The notes below the pieces were generated by a model that saw only the letters and a list, made by a program, of their open reading frames with translations, had not been told where the DNA came from and did no database searches. The position numbers and the translations under genes are program-made. From Chlorokybus atmophyticus (lineage: Eukaryota; Plantae; Mesostigma and Chlorokybus algae), in contig RHPI01001831.1 of NCBI GenBank assembly GCA_009103225.1, positions 13,102-77,101 of the forward strand: a DNA stretch of 64,000 bases, read 5' to 3'. Of the stretch, positions 58,658-64,000 are shown piece by piece; position 1 is the first letter of the stretch, and each line of letters opens with the position of its first letter.

Positions 58658-61600
58658 TGTCATGCCTAGTGTCCACACATATTAGCCTTCATCGGGCATG
58701 TCTACATCAAAACCATCGCCTGGCCTACCAGCATACCAACGCGCGCGCGTCACTGACCAGTAGCTAGGTCATGACTCCAGAGTAGCTCACGACCATAGCC
58801 TACCTAGGCAACGCGCGTAGCTGTTTAGTTGTGAGTTCAGTTATAAGTTGTGTTCTATATCGAGTGACAATTGCTGTGGAAATAACCTCGATACTATAGC
58901 ATGACCGTTAGCTTATGTTCTGAACAATCATGATTTGACTTGTATAAGTAGTCACACTGCTCACCGGATCAGCTGGTGACACTGTGAGTGAGAAAGCTAA
59001 GAGCTTGTGAAACGACTTGAACTGCGAACACGCCATCCCGGTTACCAAGAGCCCCGTCACTGTGTGAGAGCCTGTGCATGCTCGTGTGTGCATCGTGATT
59101 GTCATCGCTGCAAGCTTGGTGCGCCTGGTTGCAGTGTGTTTGTTGGCATCAGTCAGGGCATAGTATCTACGTGTTGCTTGCTCATTCACCTCACTTAACA
59201 GTGTAACACATTTTCCGCTCATGCAAAGAACTGTGTAAACAGCACTACCTATAGTAGTGGCTTGTTGGCTCACAGTGTCACCCTCTTTGCTCAAGTGAGT
59301 GCGTTGCATTCTTCATCAGATAGTGCAGTCTGTATCTGGGGACACATCCCTGTGCATTCGTTATAACTGTCATTACATAGCGCACATAAGCACTAGTGTG
59401 GTGAGTGGTAACGGCATCGAGACATGCGGTAGAGCACAAACACTCCACCCTGCATACACTTTCACCTTTTGACTAGCTGTATGAGCAGGCCCACCCCGTT
59501 CTCTCCAATAGATGAGGTGACCTCAGCAGCTGGAGCTCAACCTCCAACCTCACCTGCGAGCGGACCAGCGACGCGGGCAACGATCGTAGCAGCAGAGGCT
59601 CACGAGCTGTCTCTGACTTCACTCCGTGCCTGTCCGCTCCACGGCATTGAGCTTCCCCACTCTCGTCCGACAGTGACAACTACGAGATGGAGTCCTCCAG
59701 CTCAACCACGTCCCTGCGTTTCTCCGGCCGTGCTGGCACTACCTCAATTCATTATCAAATTCCACTCCAAGATGCGACAGCAGGCTCAGAAGAACAAAAA
59801 CTGGTCCGATGAGATCTCTTTCACATTGCTGCTCAGTATTTGGACCATGAAACACATGATGTTTGAAAGTCTGTTGCTAAACTGCATCGAGTTGATGGCT
59901 ATAGCGAGCTCGTCAGTACCATAGCATCTGCGTCACTGCACAGTCCAGCAGCCGTCTGTCCGCCTGCCACTCCCGCTGCAGTCACCGGGTTGTCCATAGC
60001 GGCAGCCATTGACAGAGCAGAGGAGGAGGAAGCTGAGTTGGTGATTGTCAACTTGACCCCTGCAGAGATTGAGATCAAGACGGCCGTGCGACGGGCCTGG
60101 ATCCTGGACCATTCCGCTACCATCCTAAAAGAACAACGAACTGCAGCCGTTTAGGTGGGCACACCCCTACCTTTGGCAACACCTGGGTCTCGTGCGGGAG
60201 GTAGTGCTTTCACCCTCGGGTCAGTTGCACTGCGCGCACCAGCCATCACTGTAGGTGCTGCCATCTCTGACTCTCCACTCAAGGATTTATACGCTGCACT
60301 TCGTCCCACTTTCCCACCGCAGACCACTAGTAAAGTGGAGGAGTTGAGGCGGTTCCGGCGCAAGCCCAACGAGGACCCCCTACGCCTGTACTCAAGACTA
60401 GAAGGGCTGTTGAAGGACACTGACTACAAGATCCTCAGTGACGAGGCCGCTGCAGTGGTATATGTCAATGAGTTGGATGCCCTGAGCGAGTCGACGCGCA
60501 TGACCCTGAAATACAGCAGGCCCCTTGGCTACATGCTCAGGGAAGCTTTCAAGACTACACAAGCCATCCATAAGCGCTTGGTGTATGAGAAGGCAGTGCT
60601 GGACACCAACCGCAGCGCCTCACGGCCTGTAGCCAGCACGACTGTCAAGCCTCCTCGCGGCGAACGTGGCCGAGACGCTCCACCAGCACGCACCGAAGGG
60701 AAACGTTCAGCGCATTCTGCTTTGCCTGCCCCTATGCTGTGTCATCGCTGTGGACGGCATGGGCACTACCAAAAGGAGTGCATCAAAGAGTACTCAATTC
60801 TGGTCTGCAACCACTGTCACAAGATAGGCCACTTGGAGTCAATCTGCTGGCTCAAATTCCCTACATTGAGACCCGTCAACAGTTACGACGGCGACAACTC
60901 TGGTGGCTACAACAGCAACAACACTGGAGGCCATAACAACACCAACAACTACGCCAACGCTCACAAGGAAGAGCAAGGCTACACGGGGAAGAATCGCCCT
61001 CCTCAGCGTAGGGGACTGGAAGGTCGTCCGCGCGCTGCTGCTGTTGCCGCAAAGGCTCCAGCCAACCCGCCAGCTGATGACCGTATACCTCATAGCACGT
61101 ATGGCACGCTTGGAGGAAGACAAAGAGCAGGACTACCACGCCCATTATTCTGCCCAATGGGCGCTGATGGCTCCAAAGCGCACGAGAGACACCAGCACTC
61201 CGTCATGTATTCAACCATCCTGGCGAGTTCGAGGGGAAGCCGCAACATCGTCAGCAGCCACCTCCTCTGAAGCCACCAGTGGTACTGCACCAGCAGTAAC
61301 AGTTACACCGGCTACGACGTCGACTCCGTCAATGTCAGCAGCAACTGCTCCAATCTCACCAGAAGTTAATATATCAGTGAGCACCGTAACGTTAACACTT
61401 GTGAGCACGCTGGCAACAGCCACTGCTGTTACCGACCCTGCAGCAATAGGTCGCATCGGTCCCGCTCCAACTGCAGAGCCACCTGTGTCAGCAAGTGTTG
61501 AGACCACTCTTGCGCCATTGAGCAGCACTCTCGCCACCACCGGCAATGCCATCGTCGAGCCTGCTGCCACTGCAGCGACACGCACAGCTACATTGCCCGC

Positions 61601-64000
61601 CCTCGACGTCTCTCAGGCTGTCCCGCGAGGTCAGCAAGCTGAGTGTGCTTGGGCGACCATCATGCGTGGAGCAGTTCCCACTACCATTGCTTTTGAGCGC
61701 GGAGGGGAGCGCACAACACGCGTTGAATGCAGTGATTGAGTCTTCCCATTGCCTGAATATCACATGTTGCTAGAACAAATACAGCGGCAACTGGAGGATG
61801 AAATCCTCACCGGCACGGCGCCTCCCATGAGCCCGTGTCTTCGTAGTCACAACACCTGTTGTACTGGAGTTGGCTCTACAGCTGTTCTTGACTCTGCATA
61901 ACAACATGCAGACCGCGCCACGCCAACCCACACCAGTCCGTCATGAACCCTTTGAGTTCCCACTGGACACGTATTGGGACCGGCAACCCAACATACAGCA
62001 GCACTCCGCTGATACTGCCGACATGCCTCTGGGTGACAACGAAGCACTGAGGCCCCTCAATTCCGTTCGACTTCATGAGCGCTACACTGCACTGGAACGG
62101 GCGTTCACCTGGCGACAGGACCAAGCAGCAGCAATCGACGCAAGAGCACACGCCCTTGCCTATGCTCGCGCTGGCGTTTTGCAACCTACAATCGCTGGCC
62201 CATCCAGTACGACACCTCTCATTGGTGGGCCCGACGGTGACCAGACGAAAGCGCTGGCCCAACAAACTAGGGGGGTAATCGCCCTGCTGCTACCTTGTTG
62301 GAAGACTTGCCTAAAGATCAACGGGATCCAAGGGAGAGGCTACCTCACACCGCAAGTGTGGACACAACGAGATGGAGCAGGTTCAATAGGGGAACAGCAA
62401 CTTCGCACTGCCCTGTAGCGACAAGCAACCATGCTGCACCGACAAGAAGGCATCGGGCTAAGACGGATGTTGGGGATGCAAGAAGGTGGTAATGCAGCTC
62501 GAGCCAGATTGGTGACTGGCTAGTCACTAATCACCCCGCAGTTCCCCTGTTGGCCTTCGGCACCGGATTGTTTTGGTTGCACGCCTTCCTGCGTTCGCTA
62601 CGGCAAGCTTATGACGAGGTTGCCTCGACAGCCAATGACACCTTATAAGGACTCCTGTGCTCGGAGCATCAGAGGCCATACTAAGGTTGCCAGGGGTGGA
62701 AGCAGCGCGGCAACGTAGACGCATCGCAGCTGCTTATGAGCAGCATGTCCAACAGCCAGAGACCTCACTGTGCGGGCGCGAGCCACAACGGTGTGAAGGT
62801 GGGAGTGGTAAATGGCAGATGGAATGCCTGCATGGCGGGGATCCTAAGGTTCCCACCATCACCCGCAACATAAGAGCGCAGCTCCTGCGCGCAGTGTATC
62901 TCCAGCCCATGCCTCAAAATCACCGCTGGAGAGACGTGGTTAACAACCCAACAGCCACATGGGAAGGTACACTACTCAGGGAGGCAGCTCATGCGATACG
63001 CTGAACTTATGTGGAAAAACAAGCTGCACGGAAGGCGGGCCCACAAACACCCGGTCCTCCAAGGTTTCCCCAACAGCCACTGGCTACGCCGTCAGGAATG
63101 ACCCCGGCCACACAGCGACGCAATCCCCCTGCGCCATAACCAGGGCAGCCACAGGCAGCCCCGCCAGCACCCAGGCCACATCGTGTTTATCAACAGTCAG
63201 GACAAGGACGGTTCGGGCCATGCCGCGGTCAAGGAGGTGCTCAAGACCCAGCTGGTCGAGGGGCGCTTGCAGCACTGCGCTCGACACCACCAGAGGAGAC
63301 TACAGCAGCAGACACCCCACGCACACGCTACCGACAAATTAAGCGGCTGCATCCACGCCAACGCAGCCATGATCGCCAACCAAGGCAAGCATGTCACTAT
63401 CAATAGACGAGCACCCAAGCGGGTGATGCTGGACTCTGGAGCCTAACCTGTCATCATCGGACGTTACCTCGCACGTAATCTTGGCATCACCAGCGCTGAG
63501 CTGATGCCGTGCCCATACGTACTCGACACCACAACCGGCAGCCATGACAAGGTGATTGGCATCACCAAGCAAGCCCTTTGCATTCGCTTAATAGGGGTGG
63601 ACCCGTCCCACAGCACCGAGGTCATACAGAAGTGTGTAATCACCGACGCAGAATCCTTCGACCTGTTGTTGGGACAGGGGTTCAACTTCCCTGTTGGCAT
63701 GAGGCTAGACTGCTGGACAAAGATGGCATGATTTCGTCGTCATTGAGATGAGGAGGACGGGGAGGTTCAAGGATATCTGCCTCTCGAGCTGATGGCTTGC
63801 ACTCGTTCCTACAAGAGGTCAGCTGCAACAGCCACCTACAAGCCGTTGTCGGCAACCACTAACAGGTCAGCTGCGACAGCCACCCACAGGTCGGGTTTGA
63901 TAACCACTGACAGGATACACACGGCGCCTGCAGCAGAATCCGTTCTCGGCACAAGCCAGTTGTGCCGTCAGCGGCACCTGCCTTCGAGTTCTGCGAACAG
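58658..64000 (+). mobile_element. Ty3/gypsy-like element of the gag/PHD family, 5' part (putative LTR 58658-58971, gag, long extra region, aspartic protease); runs off the window; decayed
   Basis: Starts TGTCATGCCTAG, matching the reverse complement of 21985; gag ~59990-61000 with CHRCGRHGHYQKEC and CNHCHKIGHLESIC; VMLDSGA and FDLLLGQ at ~63420-63680. Confidence 0.85.

Overview
Intron-rich eukaryotic nuclear DNA, most likely from a green alga (inferred from an algal-type Orai, GT/CA-rich introns, and chromovirus and copia types; the species cannot be named from the sequence). (1) 0.3-35 kb: two diverged paralogues of an atypical kinase-like (DUF3669-like) gene point outward. They bracket about 27 kb of AT-rich relics and nested, decayed transposons: copia, a chromoviral Ty3/gypsy, a second gag/PHD Ty3/gypsy family, solo LTRs, pogo/Tc5 and a PIF/Harbinger with TIRs. 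(2) 36-55 kb: six apparently intact spliced genes: CWF19L1, an acidic C2H2 zinc-finger protein, an Orai-like channel, CDC16/APC6, a glyoxalase II/PNKD-like hydrolase and a Cys-rich GPI-anchored protein. (3) 57-64 kb: a second pogo relic interrupted by another copy of the gag/PHD gypsy family. No CRISPR array, rRNA or intact tRNA was seen. The best leads are the Orai-like channel with Gln at the selectivity-filter Glu and Thr at the gate Val, the kinase-like paralogue pair with a variable number of exon-like modules, a retro-insertion with non-matching termini, and at least five GC-AG introns. Exon boundaries and family assignments were made by eye from motif recall, not by database search.
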